A stretch of DNA of 64,000 nt from an uncultured Gemmatimonadaceae bacterium (GCA_964506655.1 CAZDMG010000003.1:9582-73581), one strand, 5' to 3'. Shown: positions 31,168 through 41,462, numbered from the stretch's first letter. Made by a program: numbers and translations. Notes: generated from the letters alone by a model not told the origin.

Positions 31168-32013
31168 TTACAGTGGCTCCATCTCCAACACAACCCTAAC
31201 CTCGGTGCCACTGCCACGTGCCGACTCCACACTCACCGACCCGCCGGAACGCTGCACCACGCCGTTCACCTGAAGCAACCCCAGCCCGGCACCCTTCGCC
31301 GCAGCCTTGGTCGTAAAAAATGGAGAGAAAAGCTCGCGCAACCCGTCTGAGTCTATCCCCGCTCCATCGTCGCGTACGCTCAGCCTGAAAGTATCCGGCG
31401 CGTTCGCTATACCATTGTCCGCACCTTCGCTCCCGCCCTCACCCGCAGCAGCTACCACCGCTGCTGACACCGCCACAGTGCCACTGCTCCCAATCGCGCT
31501 CCTCGCGTTCGTAAGCAGGTTATAAACCGCCTGCTCGAAATCAGTTGCGCTCACCCGCACAACACCCGCACCGTTTTCACTGGCTGCAAGCGACAGCTCA
31601 ATGCGCACTGCGTCACCAAACAGCGGTGCTGCACGTGTTACCGCGCGCTTTATCGCCTCATGCAGAGCGCCGACAGTCACTGTCCCGGCCACCGCTCCGC
31701 CCGGCAGGGTGCGCGCAATGCTCTGCAGCTGACGCATGAGTTCGTGTGTGCGGCCGGCAGCGCGCTCAATATCGGCAAGAGACTCGAGCGCATGCGGCAC
31801 CTGCCTCACATCCTCGCGGAGCAATTCAATATTCCCCAGCACAACTGTCAGCATGTTGTTGAAGTCGTGCACCATGCGCGCGGCTACCTTTGAGAGCGCT
31901 TCACTGGCAGATACCGATGCGATCGGGGCCTCGCCCCCTGCCCTTACCTCGGCGCTCTTTTCCTTCCCGGTATCTGCACTTCGCCCGTCAGGCTGGGACG
32001 CAGAATCCGTCAT
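31168..32013 (-). CDS. histidine kinase core only (HisKA + HATPase_c), no sensor domain
   Basis: H-box MVHDFNNML, N-box NLLTNAR, G1 DDGAGID, F-box PFFTTK, G2 GAGLGL. Confidence 0.85.
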   Translation of the reverse strand: MTDSASQPDGRSADTGKEKSAEVRAGGEAPIASVSASEALSKVAARMVHDFNNMLTVVLGNIELLREDVRQVPHALESLADIERAAGRTHELMRQLQSIARTLPGGAVAGTVTVGALHEAIKRAVTRAAPLFGDAVRIELSLAASENGAGVVRVSATDFEQAVYNLLTNARSAIGSSGTVAVSAAVVAAAGEGGSEGADNGIANAPDTFRLSVRDDGAGIDSDGLRELFSPFFTTKAAAKGAGLGLLQVNGVVQRSGGSVSVESARGSGTEVRVVLEMEPL

Positions 32014-32022
32014 TGCGTTGAA

Positions 32023-32586
32023 TCAGCGACTGTGAAAGTCGGAAGGGCGTGAGCCGCCCGGCGGACCATATGCGCCACCTGGAGTCATACGCCTGAACTG
32101 CATCTCCTGCATGCTGCGCCGCAACTCATCCTGCAGCGATATATACCGCGCCCGCTGACTCGGCGTCAGGAACTGCGACAGCTCACGCTGCTCCCGTTCC
32201 ATTATCCCAAGCCGACGCCTTTCAAGCTGAGGCATCTTAGCCAGGAGTTCGGAGACTTTGTCTTCATCGATCGTGGACGCTGTCAGCGCATGCCTCATTT
32301 CCATGCGCAACCGTCCGTCATCCATGCGCAAGTCACGCCGCTCTTTTTCCATGCGCGTTGCAACATCCTGCAAACGCTTGAACTGATCGTCGGTAAGCGA
32401 AAGCCGGACACGAACAATGCTGTCTATGTGCGCCTGAAGTCGCGCCTCCATCTCCTGGCGCTGCTGCGGCGTTGGCGGACCCTGACGGTCGCCACCACTA
32501 CCGCCACCGCCACGCCTCCCCTGTGCTGTAGCCGACATCAGCGGCAGCATCAGCAACACGGCAAGGAATGCGACGGTGCGCCTCAC
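32023..32586 (-). CDS. Spy/CpxP-like periplasmic protein
   Basis: Signal peptide; LSLTDDQ and FLTPSQ (LTxxQ) motifs; helical. Confidence 0.75.
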   Translation of the reverse strand: MRRTVAFLAVLLMLPLMSATAQGRRGGGGSGGDRQGPPTPQQRQEMEARLQAHIDSIVRVRLSLTDDQFKRLQDVATRMEKERRDLRMDDGRLRMEMRHALTASTIDEDKVSELLAKMPQLERRRLGIMEREQRELSQFLTPSQRARYISLQDELRRSMQEMQFRRMTPGGAYGPPGGSRPSDFHSR

Positions 32587-33191
32587 TTCTGCTCTCCCAC
32601 TGCACCGGGAATAATCGGTGACGCTGACGACGGAAGTGGTTCCGTGGACGGCACACCATCCCAGCGATCCAGTTGATCGAGAATCAGCTGCAACTCCTCA
32701 TCGGAGTAGTTGCCAAGCCCACCAAACGAAACAGTAACGAGCTCATCAGCACCGCCGGCGGCCAGTAACTTGCCGTTATCGATCTGCATGGAGGAATCCA
32801 GCACAGTCGTAATCACCGCCGAATCACGCCCCGCTGCATCTCCACCAAAGCCGAGTCCACCCGACTTGATCATCTGCCAGCTCAGCCCGCCCAGCGTGAC
32901 TGTTGCGAGCGCGGCAGCCATGCGCCACAGCTGCACATGAGACACACGGCGTGGCGATATGGAGCGCACCTTGTACGGCGGCTTCGGAAGCGAAGCCACC
33001 ACAGATGGGACATCGATGGGTTTCGCAGAAGGTCTCAGCGCGTATACGACACGCAGAAGCTCCACTTCCTCTGCACAATCAGTGCAGTCGAGGAGGTGTG
33101 CCTCAACCATTTTTGCGTCGGCTGGCGCCAGCATCCCGGAAACCAGGTCCGGAAGCAGGTCGCGAACTTCAACGTTGCTGCAGTCAGTCAT
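32583..33191 (-). CDS. zinc-binding anti-sigma factor (zf-HC2) with TM helix
   Basis: HLLDCTDC (HxxxCxxC) and one TM segment; coupled to the ECF sigma. Confidence 0.85.
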   Translation of the reverse strand: MTDCSNVEVRDLLPDLVSGMLAPADAKMVEAHLLDCTDCAEEVELLRVVYALRPSAKPIDVPSVVASLPKPPYKVRSISPRRVSHVQLWRMAAALATVTLGGLSWQMIKSGGLGFGGDAAGRDSAVITTVLDSSMQIDNGKLLAAGGADELVTVSFGGLGNYSDEELQLILDQLDRWDGVPSTEPLPSSASPIIPGAVGEQK

Positions 33192-33738
33192 CGAGCGCCT
33201 CCTTCATGGTGCGCATGACGTTGTGATAATGCACCCGGGCCGCCCCTTCGGATGACCCGAGAATCTCTGCGATGTCCTTGTAGTTCCGTCCTTCCTGCAC
33301 ACGTAATATGAACACCTCACGCTGCATCGGAGACAACTTGTCCATCGCCCTCCTGATCCGCAGAGACGTTTCCTCCGCGACCAGTCCATCCAGCGCATCG
33401 TACTCAGTCGATGCGTCATGCTCTGCTACATCCACCTCAACTGCGCGCCTCCCCATCGCCCGGCGCCTGTCTATGACCAGACGTCGCAGTATGGTGAAGA
33501 GCCACGTCCGAAGCGAACTTTCAGCGCGAAACCCTTCCAGTGCGTTGAACGCACGCACGAAGGTATCCTGCACCAGTTCGTCAACATCACTCCTGACACC
33601 CAGTTGCGCAGCAAACCTGGTGAGCGCCGGAGCGTGCCTTTCGACTATCTCAGTCGCGGCCCGTTCGTCGCCACCTTTCCACCGTTGGATGAGCACGCCA
33701 TCGTATGCCGTGTCATCATCTCGCGGGGTTCCGGTCAT
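33184..33738 (-). CDS. ECF RNA polymerase sigma factor
   Basis: ELVQDTFVRAF...SLRTWLFTI; region 4 LSPMQREVFILR...YKDIAEILG. Confidence 0.93.
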   Translation of the reverse strand: MTGTPRDDDTAYDGVLIQRWKGGDERAATEIVERHAPALTRFAAQLGVRSDVDELVQDTFVRAFNALEGFRAESSLRTWLFTILRRLVIDRRRAMGRRAVEVDVAEHDASTEYDALDGLVAEETSLRIRRAMDKLSPMQREVFILRVQEGRNYKDIAEILGSSEGAARVHYHNVMRTMKEALDD

Positions 33739-33900
33739 CCTGCTGGGTAATTGGACGGTTTCACGCCGAGTATGTTAACGGGTGGCGTGCCGGGCCGCTG
33801 CGGGCCCCCTGTTGACCCCTGCTGGGGGCCCCTTCCCGGGGCTCGGGATCCGTCGCAGCTTCCCACCCGCCAACCTACTGTTTCGCCTGTCAGGATAGCC

Positions 33901-34596
33901 ATGAGCCTCAATATTCCCGAAATTATCGCCCACCGCGGCGCTTCGCGCGTGCGCCACGAAAACACACTCCCAGCCTTTGACGCGGCGGTCCGACTCGGCG
34001 CTGACGCCGTAGAACTGGATGTACACCGCACCGCCGACGGCGTTTTGGTCGTGCATCACGACTTCTCGGTAGTAACTGCGGACGGCGCGCCAGGGCTTGA
34101 GATAGCCAGCTCGGAGTACAGCGCGGTGGCGGCGCTCCGCCTTGCGGGTGGCGAAGCAGTGCCTACTCTGGACGCAGTGTTCGACCTCATCGGCAAACGG
34201 GCCAAGGTATATACCGAAGTCAAAGGGATGGATTGTGAACGGCTTGTGGCGGAGTGCATGAACCGACACCCACAGGTTGCGCATGCGGTTCACAGCTTCG
34301 ATCACCGGATCCCGATGGCAGTTCGCACCCTCAGGCCCGGCACAGAAACTGGTTTCCTCAGCACCAGCTACCCAGTTGATTTAAAAGGGTTTATGGGTGC
34401 TCATCCGCCAGATTACTTCTGGCAGCACGTGGAGATGATCGACGAGCAGCTGGTGAACGCGGCGACGGCGATTGGCATGAAAACAGTGGCCTGGACAGCC
34501 AACGACCCAGCCCGTGCTCGCACCCTTACGGCGATCGGGGTGGCAGCGCTGTGCACTGACACCCCGGACATTTTGAGGTCAGCCCTGTCCCGGTGA
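33901..34596 (+). CDS. glycerophosphodiester phosphodiesterase
   Basis: IIAHRGAS...ENTL.AF, ELDVH.TADG..VV.HD, WTAND. Confidence 0.92.
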   Translation: MSLNIPEIIAHRGASRVRHENTLPAFDAAVRLGADAVELDVHRTADGVLVVHHDFSVVTADGAPGLEIASSEYSAVAALRLAGGEAVPTLDAVFDLIGKRAKVYTEVKGMDCERLVAECMNRHPQVAHAVHSFDHRIPMAVRTLRPGTETGFLSTSYPVDLKGFMGAHPPDYFWQHVEMIDEQLVNAATAIGMKTVAWTANDPARARTLTAIGVAALCTDTPDILRSALSR

Positions 34597-34998
34597 CCCG
34601 GGCGGCGTGGAGGCACTGCCCGCATCGGGCGGCGGCTGTGTGCCCGCGTCTGCACCGCTTGAGCTACCATCTGAGCTACTGCTTGCCGTACCGCCGCCAT
34701 TGGCTCTGGCGCTTTCGGCTTCCTTTGCGGCCTTGATTTCGGCTTCCAGACGGGTCGTTACCGCCTCGCGATCCCTGAGCGCGGTCATAAGCTGGTCCCG
34801 CGATGTGGACTCCAGTTCGTGCCCGCTTTCGGCGGCCCGGAAGACTGCATAACCCAGCGCCTGCGCGGCCTTATCGGCCTGTTCGCGGGCTTTGTACAGA
34901 TCGATCCTCAGCTTCCCTTCGTCGAAGACGTCCTGAGCTGCTTTGCCTGCCTTATCGATCCCGTCGCGGACCTTATCCCAGATATTCACTCTTCCCAC
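34579..34998 (-). CDS. hypothetical helical protein with Ser/Gly/Pro tail
   Basis: Amphipathic coiled-coil-like sequence; 18-bp convergent overlap with the phosphodiesterase gene. Confidence 0.7.
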   Translation of the reverse strand: MGRVNIWDKVRDGIDKAGKAAQDVFDEGKLRIDLYKAREQADKAAQALGYAVFRAAESGHELESTSRDQLMTALRDREAVTTRLEAEIKAAKEAESARANGGGTASSSSDGSSSGADAGTQPPPDAGSASTPPGSPGQG

Positions 34999-35071
34999 CC
35001 CTTGTTTGAAAAGATCGTGTATGGACCCTTAGTAACGTACGTATTGGCGCGGCGGGAGGTTACAGAAATGC

Positions 35072-35098
35072 AAAAGCCCCCGCAGATGCGAGGGCTTT
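35072..35098 (-). terminator. intrinsic terminator after rpmA
   Basis: AAAGCCCTCGCATCTGCGGGGGCTTTT hairpin plus U-tract. Confidence 0.75.
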
Positions 35099-35143
35099 AT
35101 ATCCGTCTATCCGGATGACCGGATGACAGAGCTGCTGCTATAC

Positions 35144-35437
35144 TCAGATTTCGACGGCTTCGATCTCGTCCTCGGCGACGTATACCACCGGCACCACCGA
35201 GACCTTGTACCGCTTCTTGTTTTTGTGCTCGAACTGAACGACCCCGTCGATCAGCGAGTAGATCGTGTAGTCAGTACCCATGCCGACGTTGGTACCAGGG
35301 TACCACTTGGTTCCGCACTGCCTGAGAATGATGTTCCCGGCCGTGACGAACTCGCCGCCGTACTTCTTGATTCCGCGGTACTTGGGGTTCGAATCACGCC
35401 CGTTGCGCGAAGAACCCATCCCCTTTTTATGCGCCAT
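35144..35437 (-). CDS. rpmA: 50S ribosomal protein L27
   Basis: [16 protein letters not shown]...[10 protein letters not shown]. Confidence 0.98.
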   Translation of the reverse strand: MAHKKGMGSSRNGRDSNPKYRGIKKYGGEFVTAGNIILRQCGTKWYPGTNVGMGTDYTIYSLIDGVVQFEHKNKKRYKVSVVPVVYVAEDEIEAVEI

Positions 35438-35489
35438 TTTGATTTACTCCGGTAAGGCCGCGCAGCCGTTGAGGCGCGCAGCCCGGCGA

Positions 35490-35807
35490 TCAGCCGAGGT
35501 TGATTTCCTTGATACGGACTTCGGTAAACTTCTGCCGATGCCCCTGCTTTTTGGCGTAGTTCTTACGGCGCTTGAACTTGAAGACGATGATTTTGTCTTC
35601 GAGTCCATGCTTAACGATTTCGCCGGTAACTGAAGCACCGGAGAGGGTCGGGACGCCGGTGCGAACGGAGTTGCCGTCGGACCCCAGCAGGACGTCGTTA
35701 AACTCGACCGTGGTACCCGCTTCACCGAGAAGAGTCGGGATGCGCAGTGTCTTGCCCGGTTCGGCGCGGAACTGCTTTCCACCGGTTCTGATGATTGCGT
35801 AGCTCAT
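35490..35807 (-). CDS. rplU: 50S ribosomal protein L21
   Basis: YAIIRTGGKQF...FKFKRRKNY.KKQGHRQ. Confidence 0.98.
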   Translation of the reverse strand: MSYAIIRTGGKQFRAEPGKTLRIPTLLGEAGTTVEFNDVLLGSDGNSVRTGVPTLSGASVTGEIVKHGLEDKIIVFKFKRRKNYAKKQGHRQKFTEVRIKEINLG

Positions 35808-35902
35808 GACGAGGACAACTTTTGGGACAACGTACAGGGCTGGCTGCCCACGGGATCACACATGGATCGGGCCGGGACAGCAATAAAATATGATAGCCTT
35901 GA

Positions 35903-35931
35903 ACATTACCATTGCCTTGGGCTGGTGTCAA
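35903..35931 (-). promoter_or_regulatory. strong sigma70 promoter for rplU-rpmA
   Basis: TTGACA-17 nt-TAATGT with extended -10 (TG-G-TAATGT). Confidence 0.8.
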
Positions 35932-36100
35932 CTGGAGGCAGTTGGCTGCCAGACGGCGACACGCAACTCACCACCTATCTGCCTGCGCAGTATATTCTTA
36001 CCCAGGTGACGGTAGTTATACGTCGTTCATGTTCCAGGAGAGGCCTTCTGGCGCCGGATACCCCTTAAGTGTAACTCAAAGGAGGAATCCCTGGACATAG

Positions 36101-36122
36101 CCACACTCCCCCACACTCCCCC
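36101..36122. repeat. 10-bp tandem duplication just before the ATG at 36125
   Basis: CCACACTCCC x2. Confidence 0.85.
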
Positions 36123-36124
36123 GC

Positions 36125-37270
36125 ATGGCACCGCTTCTACGCAATTCCGCTGCATTCTGCCTGCTTACAGTCCTGCTTGTCGCCTGCTCTGGTTCAGGAA
36201 GCAACATTGAGCAGGACATACTTCCCGAGTTTGCGACCCACCAAGTCGTTGACCAGGCAGGGAATGCAATGGAGATAGACCGGCCCACCTGTGCTGCCAC
36301 GGGCATGCAGAACCAGTTTGCTGTCTGTGAAGGTGCCGAGCGTCAGATAGTGGTGTTTGATTCGAGCGGACGGGAAGAGTGGCGCTTTGGTCGGCGTGGC
36401 GAAGGGCCGGGCGAGTTTAACACCATCAGTGGGATGTGGTTCGACAGCGCAGGCAACCTTCATGTAGTCGATGGGGGGAGACGGAAAGCAGTGTTGATCT
36501 CACCGGACGGGAAGCTCATCGCAGATCGCGCCGTTCCCGAAATGACTGGTTGGGTTCCACGCGGGTTGGGTGAGGTGGATGGCAAGATAGTAGTCATTCA
36601 GGCCACGTACGCACGTCCAAGTGTTGACGATAAGGAGGGGCTGCAGCGTACTTCGTCACCTGTAATGATGATTGACACCAGCTCGGGAAATGCCACCGTA
36701 ATCGACACTGTTTACCTGTCGGAAATGTTTATCGACGGCTTGGGCTTTGAACGTTATTCCACTGGAGTTCCGTTTGGCGCAACAGGAGATGCGCTGGTAG
36801 CTGGCGGTAAGTTGATCAGAGGGTTTGCACGGGACTCTTTTGTGGTCGTTACTGACCTTACTACGTTGGGCCATGATACTGTCTTTTTGCGGATACCGGC
36901 GTATCCATTATCTGCGGACGCATGGTTGTTACGGTGGAACAAGGCAACGGAGATCTCAATGCCAGAGTTCCGCCAGCGTAGGGAGAAACTGGCAACAAAG
37001 GTCCCCAGGAGTCCGGTTCTGCCAAGGTACATCCGGATGTTCACAACACCGACCGGAACAGTTGCACTTTACACTCAGGCTGAAGAAGGTTCAGCTGATT
37101 ACAGGATCAGATGTGTTCTGCCGGTCGACGGGGACGTCTGCCCGGAAGTCCTGACAACTCCAGGTGAAGTGGTAATCGCTGTTGCATCCGGGCGTGCAAT
37201 TATTGCGCAGGAGACAGCAGATGGTACGTACCACGTCCAGCTGAGAGTCATTTCAGGGCCGGGCAAGTAG
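36125..37270 (+). CDS. beta-propeller (NHL/6-bladed-like) lipoprotein
   Basis: Lipobox LVAC; FGRRGEGPGEF NHL-like motif. Confidence 0.75.
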   Translation: MAPLLRNSAAFCLLTVLLVACSGSGSNIEQDILPEFATHQVVDQAGNAMEIDRPTCAATGMQNQFAVCEGAERQIVVFDSSGREEWRFGRRGEGPGEFNTISGMWFDSAGNLHVVDGGRRKAVLISPDGKLIADRAVPEMTGWVPRGLGEVDGKIVVIQATYARPSVDDKEGLQRTSSPVMMIDTSSGNATVIDTVYLSEMFIDGLGFERYSTGVPFGATGDALVAGGKLIRGFARDSFVVVTDLTTLGHDTVFLRIPAYPLSADAWLLRWNKATEISMPEFRQRREKLATKVPRSPVLPRYIRMFTTPTGTVALYTQAEEGSADYRIRCVLPVDGDVCPEVLTTPGEVVIAVASGRAIIAQETADGTYHVQLRVISGPGK

Positions 37271-37346
37271 CTACAGGCCCCGTGTCATGAAACGCACATT
37301 CAACGCACTCTGCTTAAGTACGCTATGCGGCAGCTGCGGCACGCTT

Positions 37347-38510
37347 ATGCGACGGCGCACAGCAGCCATATTTGCAACTGCATTACTTACTGCGGCCTGC
37401 AGCTCACAAGGGAAAGATACTATTGCCTCTATCGGGGCTACTGCGCACGACACACCGCTCACGAGGAATGGACGCATCTTTGAGTTTGACGTCCCCAGGT
37501 GCGGTACATTCGGAGTGGATGGTCGCCTCGCTGTATGCGAAGGATCTGAAAACCAGATGATCGTCTTTGACAGTGCCGGCAGCTACAAGTTTACCTTCGG
37601 AAGGCGCGGTGCCGGCCCCGGTGAGTTTCATACGATACAGGGCGTTTACTTCGACCGCACCCTGAAACTGCTTATCTGGGACAGCCAGCGGAGGCGAATG
37701 GCAACCGTTGATACCTCTGGCAAACTGATCAGCGATAAGCGGATAGTTCAGATGGAGGGGTGGCAACCACGGTACCTCGGACAGGACACCATTGGCCGCT
37801 TTGTGTACATGGAGCGCACCTCTTTCATACCGGGAAAGAACGACCCCGAAGGGCTTATCCAGTCGTGGACAAACCTTCTGGTATTTGACAGCACGACGCG
37901 GATTCCTGTCGTCATTGACTCCATGGTTCTGTCGGACAACTTTGCCATCGGCAGAGGTTTCCAGCGTGTGACTACCGGTATTCCATTTGCCGGAAGCGGT
38001 GATGCTGTATTGTCCAGCAACCGTCTTATCGTTGGGTATTCCGGCGACACTGTTTTGGTGTCGCATGACCTGATTTCAGGTGAGGTTGACACCATCCCCT
38101 TTCCTGTAGCTGCCTACCCCGTAACCAGGAGCGAGTGGGAGCGTGCATGGGAAAAGAGGTTTGCCAGGCCATCGGAGTTTAATGAGCGTATCCAGGCTGC
38201 AAAGGAGAACATCCCCATGCCGCGGTACCACCCGCGGTTCGTCCGCCTGCTTGCTACACCGCGTGGGACGATTGCGGCATATGTACCGACTGATTCAACG
38301 CAGAAGGTATATGAAATCCGCTGCTTCCAGATTGCAGAGGGAGATACCTGTCCCGCCGTGCGCACGACAAGTGGTGAAGTCGTTTTAGCTATCACTTCAG
38401 GAGTTGCAGCGGTTGTCATTGAGCAACCTGACGGCACGTGGCGTACTGTGTTAAGGTCGGTTATGCCGGAATTGGACATCACCCAGACTGCTACTGAACC
38501 CTCACATTAA
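37347..38510 (+). CDS. beta-propeller lipoprotein, paralog of 36125-37270
   Basis: Lipobox TAAC; FGRRGAGPGEF; shares AVCEG, GWxPRxLG, TGxPFxxxGDA, IRC...GDxCP with the upstream gene; start 37347 preferred over 37287. Confidence 0.75.
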   Translation: MRRRTAAIFATALLTAACSSQGKDTIASIGATAHDTPLTRNGRIFEFDVPRCGTFGVDGRLAVCEGSENQMIVFDSAGSYKFTFGRRGAGPGEFHTIQGVYFDRTLKLLIWDSQRRRMATVDTSGKLISDKRIVQMEGWQPRYLGQDTIGRFVYMERTSFIPGKNDPEGLIQSWTNLLVFDSTTRIPVVIDSMVLSDNFAIGRGFQRVTTGIPFAGSGDAVLSSNRLIVGYSGDTVLVSHDLISGEVDTIPFPVAAYPVTRSEWERAWEKRFARPSEFNERIQAAKENIPMPRYHPRFVRLLATPRGTIAAYVPTDSTQKVYEIRCFQIAEGDTCPAVRTTSGEVVLAITSGVAAVVIEQPDGTWRTVLRSVMPELDITQTATEPSH

Positions 38511-38536
38511 CGAACATCCTGGAATGCCGGCGTAGG

Positions 38537-38568
38537 CCACGTTACTGACCACGTTACTGACCACGTTA
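38537..38568. repeat. 12-bp tandem repeat x2.7 overlapping a stop codon
   Basis: CCACGTTACTGA CCACGTTACTGA CCACGTTA. Confidence 0.9.
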
Positions 38569-39822
38569 ACGAGAACGATACAGCAGAACGCGTATTTCAT
38601 CGTCGGCATCGGAATCCACGACGTATGCGCCAAGAGCCGTCACGCGCATCAGGAACTGATTATCAGGGAACACTACTGTATCGATCCGGGTGCCGGTTGC
38701 CAGATCAATAAGGTCCCAGGATACTGCGTATGGCGCATTTGCTCCATGCACCGGCACCCAGAGAATGCCACCATACTCGTGCATGCGACGGGCTCCGTCG
38801 CCGAAGTTGATGCGCGGCAATGTGCGGGGCATCTCGGGCACGATATAGCGTGTGGACGGTAATGCTGGTGCCGCGAGTCCGACATTGCCGAAAACGCGAC
38901 GATTGATCGAGTCGACCTGAGCAATGGCTCCTTTGGTCGCTTTCACGACATAGCGCTTCCACTCACTCTTCGATACGGCTATCGGCGCCCGTTCAATTTG
39001 CCATTTCGCGATCTGCTTGTATGGCATTCCCTCATAGACGGTAAGGATGTAATCAGCCGCGTCGGCGATGATCAACTTCCCATCGGCCGTTACCAGCCAC
39101 CCATTGAAGGCACCAAACGGTCCCAGTTCCATGCCGTTTGTTCTGGTTCCGTCAACATCGAAGCCCGGCGGTATACTCACTACTCCACGCGGCATGAGCG
39201 CAATCGTATCGATATGTCGCGTAGCCATATCGAAGCGAATGATGGGGATGGTATCCAACATCCCCGCAGTGCGCATTGGGCGCCCCGTTCGCATTTCCGT
39301 ATCCGGAACACGTGCTACTGACGCGCCGTAAAGATGCCCCAGCGTATCCGCATACTCCATGATCGGCGCACCGATTCGCGCGATTCCTCCCCACGGATCA
39401 TTGACTGTCCCGGATTCCCAAAGCGCGTGAGTACGCGCTGCACCATTCGTCACACTCATGATTGGTAAACCGGGAGGTTGCGCCAAAATTGCAAATGAGT
39501 CTGGATGAAATTTCCCCACTTTTCCAGCAGAGTGATATTCGCCAGGCCCACCCCCCCGTGAACCAATACTCTTCAGCGATCCATCGGAAATACCAACGCG
39601 CCAGATCAGATTCTCCCTTAAGTCTGAAACAACAAGGAGACTGTCATGGAATTCAACAACACTCACTACGCCGGTATAAGTGCCGGCCATAGTATCAACC
39701 CGTGCGGCCCAATCAGCGATAGCGATATGGGATGAATCTGCTGGGGTAGTCGTCGCCTCTGAGCAACCACAAACCAGAATGGCGAGTGATATACAAGCCA
39801 GCTTTAGGGAGAAACTATGCAT
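38566..39822 (-). CDS. beta-propeller-like lipoprotein
   Basis: Lipobox-like VCGC; IGSRGGGPGEY motif. Confidence 0.7.
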   Translation of the reverse strand: MHSFSLKLACISLAILVCGCSEATTTPADSSHIAIADWAARVDTMAGTYTGVVSVVEFHDSLLVVSDLRENLIWRVGISDGSLKSIGSRGGGPGEYHSAGKVGKFHPDSFAILAQPPGLPIMSVTNGAARTHALWESGTVNDPWGGIARIGAPIMEYADTLGHLYGASVARVPDTEMRTGRPMRTAGMLDTIPIIRFDMATRHIDTIALMPRGVVSIPPGFDVDGTRTNGMELGPFGAFNGWLVTADGKLIIADAADYILTVYEGMPYKQIAKWQIERAPIAVSKSEWKRYVVKATKGAIAQVDSINRRVFGNVGLAAPALPSTRYIVPEMPRTLPRINFGDGARRMHEYGGILWVPVHGANAPYAVSWDLIDLATGTRIDTVVFPDNQFLMRVTALGAYVVDSDADDEIRVLLYRSR

Positions 39823-39908
39823 CTCGAAGGTTTATGGAATCTCCGATGGTGGCAATACTTTGCCCAGAACACTGCGATGAATACCCGGCGAACTGGCGCT
39901 ACGTCACC

Positions 39909-41462
39909 TCACGCCACTGCGTACTTCTGGGTCAGATCATAACCGGCACTCTTGGTGACGATCCGGACCTCATCGGGCTTAAGCAGCGGGTCGTCGCGTA
40001 GCTCCAACGGGAAACCCGCCCACCGCTCTATCCTACGAATGAAATCGTGCTCCTGCTCCAGCACATGCAGCGCCACCTCCGGATGCAAACGCACCATAAC
40101 CGCGTCCTTCCGCCCTTCAGCGTGCATCCGCCTCAGCGCACGCTCCACGCGACGCATGATCGTTTCAGGAGTGAACACCCGACCCGTACCTGCGCAGGTC
40201 GGACAGGTTTCTGTCATGCTCTGGTAATGGCTCTGACGCACCCTCTGGCGCGTCATTTCGATCAAGCCGAGGTCGCTGACTGCGAACGCGCGGGTCCGGG
40301 CGCGGTCCCTGCCCAGGTGCGTGCGCAACTCCTGCAGAACGCGATCCCGGTTCGCCCGCGATTCCATATCGATGAAATCGCAAACGATGATCCCGCCCAC
40401 ATCGCGCAACCTGAGCTGACGTGCGATCTCGCGTGCGGCCTCGGTGTTGGTGCGCAAGCTCGTTTTCTCCGGGTCGCGCTTACCCGTGTAGCGCCCGGAG
40501 TTTACATCAATGGAGACCAGCGCCTCGGTCTGTTCTATCACCAGGTAGCCACCCGACGGCAGATCACAGCGCCGCTTGAACAGATCCCTGATTTCAGTTT
40601 CGATGCCGTATTTGTCGAAGAGCGGGACTGTCTCTTCATACATGCGCACCCGCTCGACGAGCTCCGGTGCGATCCCCTTCAGGTATTCCGTTACTTCGTT
40701 GTACACCTGTCGCGAATCGACAATAACGCTTTCCACTTTCGCACTGAACAGATCACGCACCAGACTCCTGGTGACGTTCGTCTCCTTATGCACCTCACTC
40801 GGCGCGCGGGTGAACTGCGCGCGCCGCTTGATGCGCTTCCAGTTGGAGATAAGTGTGTTGAGCTCGTGCTCGAAAGTTTCGCGCGTGGCGTCTTCGCTGA
40901 CGGTGCGCACGATTACCCCACCGGCACCATCGGGGAGGAGCTCCTGCACCATCTGGCGGAGCCGCTGCCGTTCGCTCCGTTCATCGATTTTGCGGCTGAC
41001 CCCCACCTTCGATGCGACGGGCATATAGACCAGGAAGCGGCCGGCGAGGGAGATCTGTCCGGTAACGCGGGGCCCTTTGGTCGAGATCGGCTCCTTGGTA
41101 ACCTGCACGAGGATCTCCTGCCCCCGTTTAAGCAGATCCTGGATGGGAGGTGCGGGCTCCCTGTGACGTCCGTTGCCGGAATCCGAATCATCGGAATCGT
41201 CATCATCGGCGTCATCATCGGAGACTGCAACGTCTTCGACCACAACATCGGCTGCATGCAGGAACGCAGCCTTTTCGGTACCTATGTTTACAAATGCGGC
41301 TTGTATGCCGGGAAGGACGGCGTCAACTTTGCCAAGGTAAACATTTCCGACCATACGACGTGCGTCAGGCCGGTCTACCAGCAATTCAACGAACACTCCG
41401 TCCTCGAGAATTGCAACGCGCGTTTCGCGCTGCGTTGCACTCACCAGGATTTCACGCTTCAT
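39909..41462 (-). CDS. rng: Rne/Rng family ribonuclease (RNase G-like, no C-terminal scaffold)
   Basis: AAFVNIG S1 domain, QVTKEPISTKGPR, SIDVNSG, DFIDM, CPTCAGTG. Confidence 0.95.
   Translation of the reverse strand: MKREILVSATQRETRVAILEDGVFVELLVDRPDARRMVGNVYLGKVDAVLPGIQAAFVNIGTEKAAFLHAADVVVEDVAVSDDDADDDDSDDSDSGNGRHREPAPPIQDLLKRGQEILVQVTKEPISTKGPRVTGQISLAGRFLVYMPVASKVGVSRKIDERSERQRLRQMVQELLPDGAGGVIVRTVSEDATRETFEHELNTLISNWKRIKRRAQFTRAPSEVHKETNVTRSLVRDLFSAKVESVIVDSRQVYNEVTEYLKGIAPELVERVRMYEETVPLFDKYGIETEIRDLFKRRCDLPSGGYLVIEQTEALVSIDVNSGRYTGKRDPEKTSLRTNTEAAREIARQLRLRDVGGIIVCDFIDMESRANRDRVLQELRTHLGRDRARTRAFAVSDLGLIEMTRQRVRQSHYQSMTETCPTCAGTGRVFTPETIMRRVERALRRMHAEGRKDAVMVRLHPEVALHVLEQEHDFIRRIERWAGFPLELRDDPLLKPDEVRIVTKSAGYDLTQKYAVA

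Noticed and set aside
38505-38570. Integron attC-like site (TAAC...GTTA) after a cassette-like gene
   Set aside because: No complementary L boxes; the GTTA copies come from a 12-bp tandem repeat, and there is no integrase.
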